A stretch of 64,000 nt of DNA from Octopus bimaculoides (Eukaryota): the NCBI RefSeq assembly GCF_001194135.2, contig NC_068985.1, positions 75,059,515 to 75,123,514 of the forward strand. Reading direction: 5' to 3'. The position numbers and the translations under genes were made by a program. The notes beneath the pieces are model-generated. The model was not told where the DNA came from. It saw nothing but the letters and a program-made list of their open reading frames with translations, and did no database searches. This document shows, one piece after another, positions 26,698-39,964 of the stretch (positions are counted from its first letter, which is position 1; each line of letters starts with the position of its first letter).

Positions 26698-27045
26698 AAT
26701 ACCAGCAGATGACAACGTTTCCCTAAAAGAAATGGAAAAACTTTCAAAATAGAGGTTACTCGAATGTGGAATCTAAAAACAGAAACAGTCCCTATCATAG
26801 TAGGTGCCTTAGGTATAATATAAAAAAATATTCAGACAAATACATAACAAAAACACCAGGACTTACAAATATATATAACATACAGAAAATTGCACTACTG
26901 GGCACTGCACACATCCTACGCAAAACACTTTCAATACAGTAACCATAAGAACATCACAGCAAACCACAGCACATACCCAAGGCACACAGAGCTGCGCTCG
27001 GTAGTGAAGTGAAAGCACGTTATAAAAATAAAACTTCTGAATAAT
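26698..27045 (+). mobile_element. Dong-type LINE 3' end (second subfamily) between TAA tracts
   Basis: IPADDNVSLKEMEKLSK, PIIVGALG and IQKIALLGTAHILRKTLS; UTR ends in an AAT-rich tail. Confidence 0.88.
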
Positions 27046-27104
27046 AATTATAACAATAAAAACGACGACACCGACGATGATCATGAGGAGGAGGAGGAGG
27101 AGGA

Positions 27105-27619
27105 NNNNNNNNNNNNNNNNNNNNNNNNNNNNNNNNNNNNNNNNNNNNNNNNNNNNNNNNNNNNNNNNNNNNNNNNNNNNNNNNNNNNNNNNNNNNNNNN
27201 NNNNNNNNNNNNNNNNNNNNNNNNNNNNNNNNNNNNNNNNNNNNNNNNNNNNNNNNNNNNNNNNNNNNNNNNNNNNNNNNNNNNNNNNNNNNNNNNNNNN
27301 NNNNNNNNNNNNNNNNNNNNNNNNNNNNNNNNNNNNNNNNNNNNNNNNNNNNNNNNNNNNNNNNNNNNNNNNNNNNNNNNNNNNNNNNNNNNNNNNNNNN
27401 NNNNNNNNNNNNNNNNNNNNNNNNNNNNNNNNNNNNNNNNNNNNNNNNNNNNNNNNNNNNNNNNNNNNNNNNNNNNNNNNNNNNNNNNNNNNNNNNNNNN
27501 NNNNNNNNNNNNNNNNNNNNNNNNNNNNNNNNNNNNNNNNNNNNNNNNNNNNNNNNNNNNNNNNNNNNNNNNNNNNNNNNNNNNNNNNNNNNNNNNNNNN
27601 NNNNNNNNNNNNNNNNNNN
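27105..27619. other. Assembly gap (N)
   Basis: Run of N. Confidence 1.
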
Positions 27620-29513
27620 ATAGATGATCGGTGCGATGTACGCATTCACCACCTCCGGTCGACCTTTCGGAGATAGCTTCCTCTCGGCACATTTCTGGGT
27701 GCGATTGGCTACCCTGCTCGTCACCTCGTCCCAGTTTTTCTCTACCTGGAAGTCCTGACCAAACCAAACTCCGAGCAACTTAACGGGACCGTCTGTCCAG
27801 CGCCCCACCACGCTGTTGGACGGCATGGACTTGCTTCTCCAGGTGCTGAGCTGCAAGCCCATTGACTTTTCCGCGTTAATTTTTGCTCCTGTCACCGCTT
27901 CATATTCCTGCAGTGTTTCGGCAGTCAGGTCGATATGCCTGTGACTCGACACTATGACGGTGACATCATCAGCGTAAGCAGATACATTTATTCCACATCT
28001 TATATTACGCGGGACACTCTTCAAAGCCTCCAATATATGCATTAATGGCTCAAGAGTTAGTACATACAGAAGGGAGCAGAGAGGGCACGCTTGACGTACC
28101 GAACGCAATATGCTGAATGGCTTCGATAAGTGACCATTCACCTGAACAACTGTGCAGATACCGCTGTACAAAGCAGCGATCAAACCGCGGGTAAATGGAC
28201 CGAAACCGGCTGCATTGAGGACAGCTACCAAGTATTTATGGTAGACCCTATCAAAGGCTTTAGATTGATCTACATTGATCAGAGCCCCACTCATTCCAGC
28301 TTCGTTATCCACCCTCTCTATGATGCAGCGCATAAGATAGAGGTTATCGTGAATACTCCTGGATGGGATGACACATGTTTGCGCCTACCAACCTCTTGGC
28401 TAACACCTTGCCCAAAATCTTCAACACTGCATTAAGCAGAGTGATGGGCCTGAAATTCTCTATAACGTCCCCCTTGTTTGGGTCTTTTCTCAGTAGTGCC
28501 ACCGCCCCTCGACAGACAAAAGTGGAAATTCTCCCATTCTGCTGCCATTTGCTGTAGACGTTTGCTAAAGAGGGCCGCAAACAAGTCTTGCATCGAAGTA
28601 GAAAGCTCGTAAGGCAGATCATCCAAACCTGGCGATCTACCTCTCGTGCAACTCTTCATAAAACATTTTCTGCCTTGTTATCCATCTTACCATTCGTCCC
28701 GAACAGTCGAGCAAAGTGCCGCTGAAAAGCCGCGTATATCTGTCTCGGCTGAAACACCACGCCTCCGCTCTTGTCCACTAAAAACAGAATGGTGACTTTA
28801 TTGTCGCTTCTCCTCTCCATCACGCAGGCACATTGTGACGTTTGCGTTCCTACCCCGCCTAGTGAAAGTGCCTTGGTTCTGACAACGCAGCCTTCATGAT
28901 TGGCGTCGAAAAATTGGTCGAGGGCCACTCTCACCGCCAATACATCAGTTTTGATTCCTGTGCTAAGCGCCTCATCTAACTTTCTAACTAAATCTCCCTC
29001 TATTCTATTTCTCTCTGCCGCTAATGCCTAGCTAAACCTAAATGATTGTAGTCTAATTGCCCTTTTAAGAACAAACTAACAGATGTAGTTGACGATTTCA
29101 CACGTTAACGCCCGCATAACGAATTCGCTAATCTGGTCTCTGTAAGTTTGACACGCCAGTAATAACGTGTCTAGTTTCAAGTAACCGGGTCCCTGTCTAT
29201 GAAGCCTATCTAAGTTGACCGTACAAATCACAAATTTGTGATCTGTGTAGCAGAACATGTAAAGTGTGGACACCATATGCTATCCTTGTTCCCTGGCCCA
29301 CAAAATAACCTATCTAGATACGATCTAGATGACACGATACGGTTTGTCCAAGTCCATTTTGGCACATTCGGGTAATCTAGACGGTACCTGTCATACAATT
29401 GAAGACGTGTGAGCAGGTTTTTGAGGCTTTTGCATCCGTCTCCTATCAGATACATCCACGCAATCGAAAGGTCCGTCTAAGACAGCGTTCCAATTCCCCG
29501 GAACGCTGTCTTA
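27620..29513 (-). mobile_element. Tx1-clade (L1 group) LINE ORF2, decayed and 5'-truncated
   Basis: GNWNAVLD, WTWTN..SRSYLDR, TDHKFV (APE); SPGLDDLPYE, NFRPITLLNA.LKIL.KVLAKRL, DQSKAFDR, SVRQACPL, SAYADDVT and VKLLGVWFG (RT). Confidence 0.9.
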
Positions 29514-29519
29514 TACTCT

Positions 29520-31775
29520 TGAATGACGTTTCTTTTTTAGACCGAAAAGAAAAGTGAGGACTTAAAAGCGAACAAAAATACAGGGCACTGGACCGGAAGT
29601 ATAATCTTGAAAGAAAGGGCCTGAAGGTGGTAATGGAGGAACCGAAACACCGACTCGTTACAAAAAAAGCAAAGATGGTAAGATACGACCAAAGAATGAA
29701 GGGCTACTAGCAGAATAGTTTATTCAGAGTAGACAGAAGTGATTCTACAAAGAAATAAATGGAGAGTGTACAGATGAAAAGTTGATACCAGATGACATTG
29801 AAAGTCAAATGTTTTGGAGTGACATCTGGATCAAACACAAAGAGCACAAGAAGGATGCTGAATGGTTGCAGGAACTGAAACAAACAGTAGTCTGTCCAAA
29901 ACAAGCAGAACTAGACATTTCAGTTGGGGAAGTGAATGAAATCAGCAGCAAAATGGGCGACTGGATGGCCTCGGAACCAAATGGGGTTCAACGCCACTGT
30001 CATGCACGAACAGCTGCACAACTCAACACCTTGTTAAATGCCGACTAAGTACCACCGGAGTGGTTGACAATGGGTTGGACAGTACTGTTCTTGAAAATCA
30101 TCGAAATAGGCAATACGGTAGACAGTTGCAGGCAGGTATCCTGCTTGCCGCTTATGTGGAAATTAGTGACTAGAATAGTCGCAGAGTGAATATAAGGACA
30201 TCTGGAAAAAATGGAGTCCTGTCACATGAGCAGAAGGTTGCAACCGTAAGAGCAGAGTTACCAAGTATCAACTCTTGGTAGACATAACTGTACTTAGAGA
30301 CTGCAAGATGAGGAAAACTAACTTTGCTATGGCATGGATCGATTATCGTAAGGCGTACAATATGATGCCACATTCTTGGATAATGGAATGTATGAACCTA
30401 TTTGTTATAGCATCGAATTTTGAGCGATTGCTTGGATAAAGTATGGCGAAATGGACGATGGAACTGACAACATATGGAAGAAGTTTAGGGACAATAGAAA
30501 TCAGGAGAGGCATCTTCCAAGAGGACTGCTTGTCCCGACTGATCTTTGTACTGTGCATGACACCACTAACACTGATTCTAGGGAACGCAAAAGCTGGGTA
30601 TGTATTCAAAAGCCGCCAACAAAAAGCCAACTACTTGTTATTCATGGATGACCTCTAACTTTATGGTAAAGATGAATCCCAAGTCAGTACCCTCGTTGAT
30701 ACAGTGTATACTTTCGGTGCTCATATCAGAATGGAGTACGGACTGAAAACGTGTCGTGTGTTAGACTTGAAGTGAGGCAAAATTAAGTGTATGGGCGGGA
30801 TAGCGATACCGTCGGGTGAGGTTATGAAGCAAATAGAAGAGACGGGTTATAAATACTTGGGTATACAGGAAATTGATAAATTGATGGAGAAAGAAATGAC
30901 AGATAAATTTAAGGTCGAGTACTTGCGTAGACTGAGACCGATCCTTAAGTTGAAATTAAACGGACAGAATAAGATTGAAGCTATCAAAACCTGGCGATGG
31001 AGCAGGGGTAATCGCATGGATAGTAGACGAACTAAACAACTTAGAAAGACAGGAACGTTGCTGACTACAGATGAGATACTCCACCCAAACTGAAACAGAC
31101 AGACTGTATGTACCAAGAAAAAGAAGGGGAAGAGGACTGATTGGATGCGAAAACATTAGAGTGGAAGAAAACAACATAGCATGGTATGATGTAAAAATGC
31201 CAAAGATCTACTATTATTGGATGTAAGAAGGTCAGTCTTGTGTAGAATGGAAGATTTCAAAGATAAAGCACTGTACAAGTACTTGAGAATGAATGAAACT
31301 GAAAATAGGTAGATAAAGAAAAGAATGCATGGACAATTTCATATGGGTGTTGAAGATAAGACAGACAACGAAAAAAGATGGATATGAATGAATAAAACTG
31401 ATTTAAAACCATAAACGTAGGTTCTAATTTATGTTGCCTAAGGGCAAGCATTAAGAACCAATTACATCAAATACAGAATAGACAACACATCAGAAACTGA
31501 TAAGTGCAGAATTATTAGACAAAATGGTGAAACCGTATGGCATATTATCAGCCAATGTACACCACTAGCCCAGCAGAGACGTCATGACAATGGAGCAAAG
31601 TTTGTCCCTTGGACACTTTGCAACAAGTATGGAGCACTTGCAGAAGACAGCACTGCTTTGAACAGCTCGAATACTCCGGATGGTGCTCGAAAAATAAGGG
31701 GTGTTACTTTAGTTCACTGGTAGTGAATAACTGACACCATAGTACATCTCCACTATAAGAAGCTGTGCAAAGACG

Positions 31776-31778
<3 letters not shown>
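29520..31778 (+). mobile_element. R4/Dong-type LINE, 5'-truncated and decayed
   Basis: [56 protein letters not shown] and RTNYIKYRID..CR..GETVWHI...C. The 3' UTR matches 14200-14290 (-) and is followed by (TAA)n at 31779-31836. Confidence 0.9.
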
Positions 31779-31833
<55 letters not shown>

Positions 31834-31836
<3 letters not shown>

Positions 31837-32046
31837 TAGAAAGGATTCAGGTAACTCCTCCTGTAGATATAGAGTCAAAATTAAAAGAAGAGTGTCATTT
31901 GTTATCTTGGGAACAATATTTCGACATAGAGTCAATACAGGAGGAGTTACCTCAATCCTTTCTATATTAACCAAAATGAAGTAGATTGACAAATTTATTT
32001 TTTGAACCAGTTGAAGACACGCGAGATGTCGAAATATTGTTCCCAA
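31834..32046. repeat. Small element with two interleaved inverted repeats, between TAA tracts
   Basis: 31834-31865 versus 31936-31967 (32 bp, one mismatch); 31907-31927 versus 32026-32046 (21 bp, perfect). Confidence 0.9.
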
Positions 32047-32127
<81 letters not shown>

Positions 32128-32128
32128 C

Positions 32129-32530
32129 GAACACCGTTGCACGAATATTGTCGTACTGAATAAGAGAGAGAAATATTGTCGAGCCATTGACGTAGCCATA
32201 ACAAATGGCAAGAATGTTGTGAGTAAAGAGGTTGAAAAAATCACCAAGTAACCCGAATTGAACGTGGAAATGGCATGACTGTATGGAATGCTTGAGTGCA
32301 ATGTGAGAGTTATATCAGTGGTGATCGGAACCTTGGGCTCAATCCCATTGAAACTTCAAGACTTCTTAACGCAACTGCAAATCTCATGCAAGATGAATGT
32401 CTTGTAAAAAGCAACCTTATTGGGCACAGCGCGCATCTTAAGGAAAGTATAATCTGTCTGAGATTCCTGTTGTGACTTGACAGATAACTAAAGTCTCCGG
32501 TGCATTTTTACTTACACTGTATTACGAAGA
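32129..32530 (+). mobile_element. Dong-type LINE 3' end between TAA tracts
   Basis: IVVLNKREK.C.AIDVAI..GKNVVSKEVEKI, ISVVIGTLG and ATLLGTARILRKV; (TAA)n on both sides. Confidence 0.85.
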
Positions 32531-32554
32531 AATAATAATAATAAAACTAAAATA

Positions 32555-32770
32555 ATACCTGTTGTCATAGGTGCCCTAAGAATGATAGCATAAGGGGCTG
32601 ATTGCTACCTAGCTCAGATACCTGGAAACCCCAAAATGGTAGAAATTCAAAAGATTGCGCTCGTGGGAACTGCCCATATCCTACATAAAATACTGTCTGT
32701 ATAATATCTTGAAGTTTCGGGGTGAGACTCAGAGACAACTTGCACAAATACAAAGCAAAAGTTAGACATA
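32555..32770 (+). mobile_element. Dong-type LINE 3' end, same family and 5' breakpoint as 25982
   Basis: ATACCTGTTGTCATAGGTGCCCT... is colinear with 25982-26325 apart from an internal UTR deletion. Confidence 0.88.
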
Positions 32771-32789
32771 TAATAACAACAACAACAAC

Positions 32790-32857
<68 letters not shown>

Positions 32858-32859
<2 letters not shown>

Positions 32860-33410
32860 GTCCGGATGCAGAAACAGGCAGTAGCTCTCGTGGCTTCTGA
32901 CCTTAATTGATTGGAGGTGTTATCATGTACGTTGTTTTATCTTGGTATAAAAGATGGGCAACAGCAAATATTGTTCTCAATACCACAGATTTGTTTGTCA
33001 GTCGTTGAACTTAAGCAGTCGATCATGTTCTTTAATGGCTGATGATATGTGCATCTCTGATCGCAAGCAGAAGTAGTAGGGGAGTATCATAGCCATGTGT
33101 TGTGAGAAATTCTTCGGGTTTGGATAATTCACCTTTGGAAAAAAGAGTGTTTTGTTCAACATCCTTAAACAAACCTTATTCAGAGACCTTTTGAGCGGGA
33201 TCGGCTACTCAACCTGTAAAATATTCTAACTGGGCCCCACTTACAAGGTCATGCGCTGTTAATCTTCATATGAGAACCCCATGTCGCGCACATATGGTTG
33301 TGATGCATGTGCCTGGTGTACCCTTATCAGACGCGTAGTGATGATGAGTATACTGGGCTTCGAATATTTAGCCCAGTGTTACTTCCATGGCATGCACTGC
33401 TCTCTCACTC
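32858..33410 (+). mobile_element. Unclassified retroposed repeat with TAA tail
   Basis: Ends GCATGCACTGCTCTCTCACTCAATAATAAT; the same end occurs inverted at about 54265-54293. Confidence 0.6.
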
Positions 33411-33432
33411 AATAATAATAATAATAGTAATA

Positions 33433-33739
33433 ACAGATAGATCCCTTAACCAAAACAATCCAGAAGTGTGGTAGGGACATCAGTATGGAATTTGGGATTA
33501 CCAAATGCTCAGTTCTTAATATGTAAAAAGGAAAGAAAGCAGCCGGCAGAGTATCGCGATTACCATCAGGAGAGATCATGGGTGAACCCGACGGTAGTGG
33601 GTATCTATATTTAGGAATTTTGGAGCTGGAAGACATTCTACACAGAGAAATTAAAGTTAATGTCAGCTAGGCGTATCAAGAAGGGGTGAAGATGAATATC
33701 TTGGCAGTTGCGGTGGCCAGATATATTGCGTCCATCCTC

Positions 33740-33740
<1 letters not shown>
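33433..33740 (+). mobile_element. Dong-type RT fragment
   Basis: MEFGITKCSVL..KGK, PSGE.MG and YLYLGILELE; homologous to 30730-30900. Confidence 0.75.
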
Positions 33741-33790
<50 letters not shown>

Positions 33791-33829
33791 CTACAATAAT
33801 AATAATAATAAATAGTAATAATAATAATA

Positions 33830-34772
33830 ATGATTTCATTTATTTGCCACAAGGGAGAAGGATGAAGGGTACAAAACAGAGACAGACATACAGTGTGGTG
33901 ATTTACATATAATGAAATGATAGATAAAAGTATGTATACACGGTATACACTGAAAAAGAAAGGACATACGCATAGCATACGAAGGCAATAAAATTTGTGG
34001 GGAGGATGATAGTGATGTGACCCTCCTGATATAGGAAGGCCTCTAAGGATAATCAAGGAACACCACTGTTCATGATTTACCTTAAACCCTTGGAACAATT
34101 GCCCTTTCCAATTCCTTCTCTTCGACTCACAGGTCTACACTTAGAGAGGTAACATCTACTGTTGCCATTTTTGCAACTTTCACTCACCTTTCAATAAAAT
34201 CACTCGAGGACAGCACTTCCTTCTTCACTCTCAGTTTCCCTTTCACGTGGAACTTGAATAAGTCAATGAGACCTCTACCAAAGAGGAATGTATCTGTCTG
34301 CATGCCTTTCAGACTTGTCCACCAAACAACCTGTTTCGCCACAGCAACCAGGCAAAGGAAAACTGCCTTACCTTCCCGATTGAAGGAGGGTGGTTGCACG
34401 ATCATCACTACAGACTCGGATGACAGACGTATCGGTCCCATACAAGACAGTAGCTGTTCAAAATAACCCTACAAGTTAGCAACGCCCTGACACTGAACGA
34501 GAGCATGCAGAACGGTTTTGTCACTGCGCGACAAGTCCGTCTAACAACACATCCGTGCCTGTAGAGATTCTCTCGAACCAGTAGCGCCCCCACCCACACC
34601 ACCGGTAGCATTGCCAAGTCAGGACATCTGGAAATTATCCATGATAGTTCCGGAACAGACTTGCCAGTTCGTTCTCGTCGCCCCCCACCCGAGACTCCTC
34701 GAGAACGCCGTCGTACTTCCCAGCAACTAATCCTGTATAACTTTCTAAAGCGGAACATCCACCGATCCCATT
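33830..34772 (-). mobile_element. Tx1-clade LINE 3' end
   Basis: C-terminal cysteine region, FLCLVAVAKQVVW, LIDLFKFHV..K.R and FIER(W); 3' UTR with AATAAA running into an (ATT)n tract. Confidence 0.8.
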
Positions 34773-35704
34773 GATGATGATGATGATGATGACGATGATG
34801 ATGATGATGTCGACTACGATGACGATGAGGATGATGATGATCGATGCCTATCTATATATATCTATTTAGGCATTTATGACTGTAGTGGCAGTGGTAGCAT
34901 TCGCACCAATAGTACACTATCATGTTCATGTATCTGGGAATAGATATCTGTTTTAGCACTAATTTCGAGCTACATACAAACATGCATATCTAATTAAATT
35001 GTAACTGACATTTACTTAATTTCATTCAACTTGTGAAATTTGGGAAAAAATCAATCCTTTAAATGTTGGTTTCCAGGAGCATAAAGTATCTTCTTTAGAA
35101 AATTATCTTTGTGACTGGCAGTAAAAGCGATAAGAAATTCAACACGGAATCTTATCGAATTAGTGTTTTGTATAGAGAAAATAAATGATTGATGATTTCA
35201 TGAAATGAGAAATCTCTTATAATAAAGGGCATTTAACAGTAAAATAATCACTGAATAAGTACCATTTGTTTTGGAAACTTGCATATTATTTTGAATGAGA
35301 ATATTTCATTATTGTAACACAAGTATTTACAAAGTTCATTTCACGTGAACCAATGACATATCATTGATAAAAATCTTGCAAGCTTTTATAACGTAGAATT
35401 AGGAAATTTCTGCTATCGGTGCAGTAACGTTTACTATTGAATCGAAATGATGTTGTCGATTTGTATCACTGAATCGTGGAAGAGCTACAAAAGTGCATCA
35501 TAAATTAAAATCGGTATTGGTCAACCACGTGACTGAAACTAATGCGCTTAGGATATTCGTGAATAATAGCTCAGATACCTATGCCTTTTTCCAGCAAATC
35601 TGTTCACAGTCTCGAACATTTAGTTTTCCTCCGATCGTTTGAAGCTTTCCAATTTCAGCGATTGTAGGAAACTACGATGATTATATTTTCAAGGTCGTAT
35701 TTGC

Positions 35705-36119
<415 letters not shown>

Positions 36120-36989
36120 GGGCAACAAAGGCTATCACAATTTCACTCAATCCCGCTCCCTGTCTCGGCGATATTTCTGTTGATTTTTGTTTCTATCTAG
36201 GACTGTAAACGTCATCACTATATTTCACTCATTCGGTTTACGACAATGGCAAGAGCAACATTGTGTTAGGGTACAGTGTTTACGTAATGAAACTGATTGT
36301 AAATCTTTATTTTAGCATAAAGTGAACAATATTTTGGTCGTAAAAATCTTTGCTTTTCTTTGAAGATCACTGTATATTAATCCATTACCTACCAGTGATT
36401 TCATATGAGATCACTTCAAAATCACAAATTTCGTAATTATCTGTCAATATTTACGCATATCTAACCTTTTTGCTATATCTACAAGGTATATTTCTCTGAT
36501 ATTCAAATGAGGTTTGCTAATTTTTCACCCAATATCTCGCTTATTTCTATTTAAAATGCTATTTGGAAATGTTATTTTGAAATGTTATTTTGATCATTCC
36601 AGTGTGTTTCTAAGGCTGTTTTATGCTAGAAATCAAAGTTTCATAAAAAAAATTCCAGTTAATAGAATTATGGGAGGTAATGGGTTAATGTCAAACGTTT
36701 GAACTTCTTATATCACTCTCTTTCTGTCGCTCCTTCCATCTCTTCCTTCTTTTTACTCGACGATATTTTCGTTGCATTTTGTTCTTTCTCACAGCAACAC
36801 ACTTCCACACCTCTCCTCGTGACCTATGTATACGTTTTTGGCTGCCCTCAGATTACATAACGACACATATACTTTTTCCTCTTCTAGTTTTGCTTTCTTG
36901 TTCACGGTTTTTTTTTTCTGTTTTCACGGCATCTCTCTTGTATCTAATTTATTTGCTCACGTGATAACTGCCTCTCCACCACTACTTTG

Positions 36990-39760
36990 ACCAAAGGTGT
37001 AAAGGCAAATCATATCTGGATCATTGAGCATTGGTCAACATCCACAAAGGCGGATCGTCGGCGACTAAACTGGCATGCTCTGTGGAGGGTTTTTTTGGTC
37101 TATTTGGTCACCCTTTAGGGCGAAAAACAATACCTATGAAAAGCAGATATACTCTGGAGAGTCGACAGCCATGCAAATAGCGCTTTTATTGTTTTCAGAA
37201 TTCGAGCCTAGGAGACTATAATTGCAATCCAACAGAGCGTGCTGTATCAGGAGGGTGTTTTTTTTTTCTTGCGAGGAGTCTCAAGTGCCAACAACCTACT
37301 AAATATTGCTTTATCAGTATAATGATACTGATGAAGCCATTATATCTAAGGATAGCAGTAAAATGAAGAACAAAAACGGTAGAGAATGTTTTTTTATGCG
37401 GATAAAGCTACCACATAGTGTAAAATGTCTCTTTAGCCTTAGCTGGCAATCACTATCAAATCAATGGTGGTTGGAACTCCTCATAACCACAGTCCTTCTT
37501 ATGAGTGTAATACCAAATAAAATGATCAAAATTGCGTTCATAAAACTTGAAACCTAAACAAATGCCACATGCACGGCAAATGTTCCGCTTTCCAAGCAGG
37601 GTTCACCAAGTTGTTATACAAATACTGCTACAAAGACTAGGAACAATGGACTCAAAATGACAAAAGAATTGTAATAGAATGATATCGCGGAAGCGAGTCT
37701 GCCTCAATAAAGTACAAGAAAATAACAAAATATGGGCAGAGAAAGGCATGTCAACTGTCACGGAAAATATCTCTACATCAGATAAATGTAATCATGGAAA
37801 AACCAGTCCCTATTAGGATCGAATAACTCCACAATTGTGAAACAGTGTGCACATGGCAACACAGTGCACGAAGAAAGAGGAAGGTGAACACAAATTAGAA
37901 TTGGTTCAGGGGCCAATAAATCCCCACAAAAGAAACAAGTGTTGTAACGAAGAGAAACTGTACTCTGCTATATATATGGAAAGAGTGTTACAGAAAAATA
38001 AAGGAGCTTACTACAACGCCAGAATAAGATATGAAATAGTGAAAGACAGAGGCCACATGCTCGAAGAGGAATCGAAAGAGGAAAAATAAGTACTGAAAAT
38101 GTGGCCGAACAGTTAACGAAAATCTATAATGAATAAATAATATAAATAATCTATATCGAATACATACTGCCCAGATTCTGTCTCTGTGCAAAATGTTTTG
38201 GTTAAAGACAAAGAGAAACCAAGGACATAGTCCTATGTGGGAACGAAGACTTGAAAACCAAATTTAATAGTTCAAGAGAGAGCTTGGACGGATACATAGA
38301 GCTTTAGAAAAAAAGAGGGTGAGTGAAAAACATAAGAGCAAACCACAATAACGTTAGACAGAAAACACTTCTGGTAGATGAAGAAGAGATGAGACCAAAG
38401 AAAGAGATCAAAGTAGTATCAGTTAAAAATGATAGATATCGACACAGAACATATAATTTCAAACAGAGCAGAATCTTCAAGAACGACAAACGAAAATCCC
38501 ATTGACACCTATACAATGATGATGAAGCGGCAACAAAATTCTTGGCAGAAATCTGGAGCAAAGGGGTTCAACCTAATATAAAAGCAGACTGTTTGCGGGA
38601 ATTTAAAAGTGATGGATTGAAACAAGAAGATATGACAATAATGGATAGAAAAAGTGAAAGATATGATCGAGAAAATATAAAACCGTAAAACCCCTGGACC
38701 AAAGGGTATTCAGGAATTCTGGCTCAAAAGTTTCCAATTATAGGCAGCCATATAAGGCCATTTTTCATTGTTGGAACGCCAACATTGGTGACAGAATGAA
38801 AAGACAGTGCTTATACAGAAGAAAGAAAAGCTATAATAAGCAAGCAAGTCACATATTTACTCTAGAAGTTATTAATTGGCCTCGTAGCAGATAAGGTGTA
38901 TTATTTTCTAGAAAAGGAGAAATTGCTGTTAGAGAAGCAAAATGGGTACAGAAAGAAGTCAAGGGGAACTCTTGAACTAATGTATATAGATAGCACTATA
39001 TAAAATGAGGCACCAGAGAGGTGGAAGAATTTGGCTGTTGGCTGGATAGATTATAGGACGTCTTACCACAATTTTCAAACCCTGCTGAATCTGGGAGTGC
39101 CTGAAGACGTTCGATGGCGATCAGAAAAAGCAATGATTATATGATTAGTAGAAGTGACATGTGCAAATGCATCGCTGGGAAATGTGAATATATCTAGGTT
39201 TGTTTTCTATGGAAACTGACTTGAGTGAGTACAGAAAACCAATACAAGAGGACTATAAGCAGAGGCATCACTGGTGAAAGAGTGCATCGAGATGTTAGCC
39301 GAGTGTGTAGCTACGAATTAACAGGAAAGTGGCATGAACAGGAACCGACGCTGCGACAAAGAAAGGGAATTACAGGATCTTTTAGGACTTCCCCATAAAG
39401 ACTGACCAGACTATTAAAGCATGAATACCATATATTATTATAGAAGACAAATTTAACTAGCACTGTGAGACCATAAAATTTGTAATTCCCTATGATATAA
39501 GAGTCGATACCAAAGAAATTTTAAAAAATGAGAAATATCATGATCTAGCCAGAGATCTGAAAAAACTGTTGAAGACTAAGACGACAACTATTCTTCTGAC
39601 AATTGGTTCCCCTCGCACAACACTCAATACACCACCAAAATAACTGAAAGATATTAGAAATATAAGCGGGCGTGCGCGACCATGTAGTACTGAGTTGGTG
39701 TCAAGTGAGAAGAAATATATTTCTAGGGAAAGAAGTCCATTTGAAACCATTATTGTTGAT
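36990..39760 (+). mobile_element. Near-full-length but heavily decayed R4/Dong-type LINE (5' boundary uncertain)
   Basis: N-terminal IWAEKGM; W.....PG..GIQ.FWLK, VADKVYYFLEKE.LL..KQNG..KKSRG, NLAVGWIDY, IL.DFPIKTD and VIPYD.RV..KE..K.EKYHDL in the correct order; many lesions. Confidence 0.75.
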
Positions 39761-39763
39761 GTT

Positions 39764-39963
39764 GTTGTTGTTGTTGTTGCTGTTATTAAAAGAAGAAGAA
39801 GAAGAAGAAGAAGAAGAAGAAGAAGAAGAAGAAGAAGAAGAAGAAGAAGAAGAAGAAGAAGAAGAAGAAGAAGAAGAAGAAGAAGAAGAAGAAGAAGAAG
39901 AAGAAGAAGAAGAAGAAGAAGAAGAAGAAGAAGAAGAAGAAGAAGAAGAAGAAGAAGAAGAAG
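39764..39963. repeat. (GTT)n followed by a long (GAA)n tract
   Basis: About 170 bp of pure GAA repeat. Confidence 0.97.
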
Positions 39964-39964
39964 A

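Noticed and set aside
31779-33430. CRISPR-like array of repeats with unique spacers
   Set aside because: The repeats are variable-length (TAA)n and the spacers are LINE fragments; eukaryotic context and no cas genes.
33830-34772. This Tx1 3' end and 27620-29513 being one interrupted element
   Set aside because: The order is wrong for a minus-strand element, whose 3' end would lie at lower coordinates; they are separate copies.
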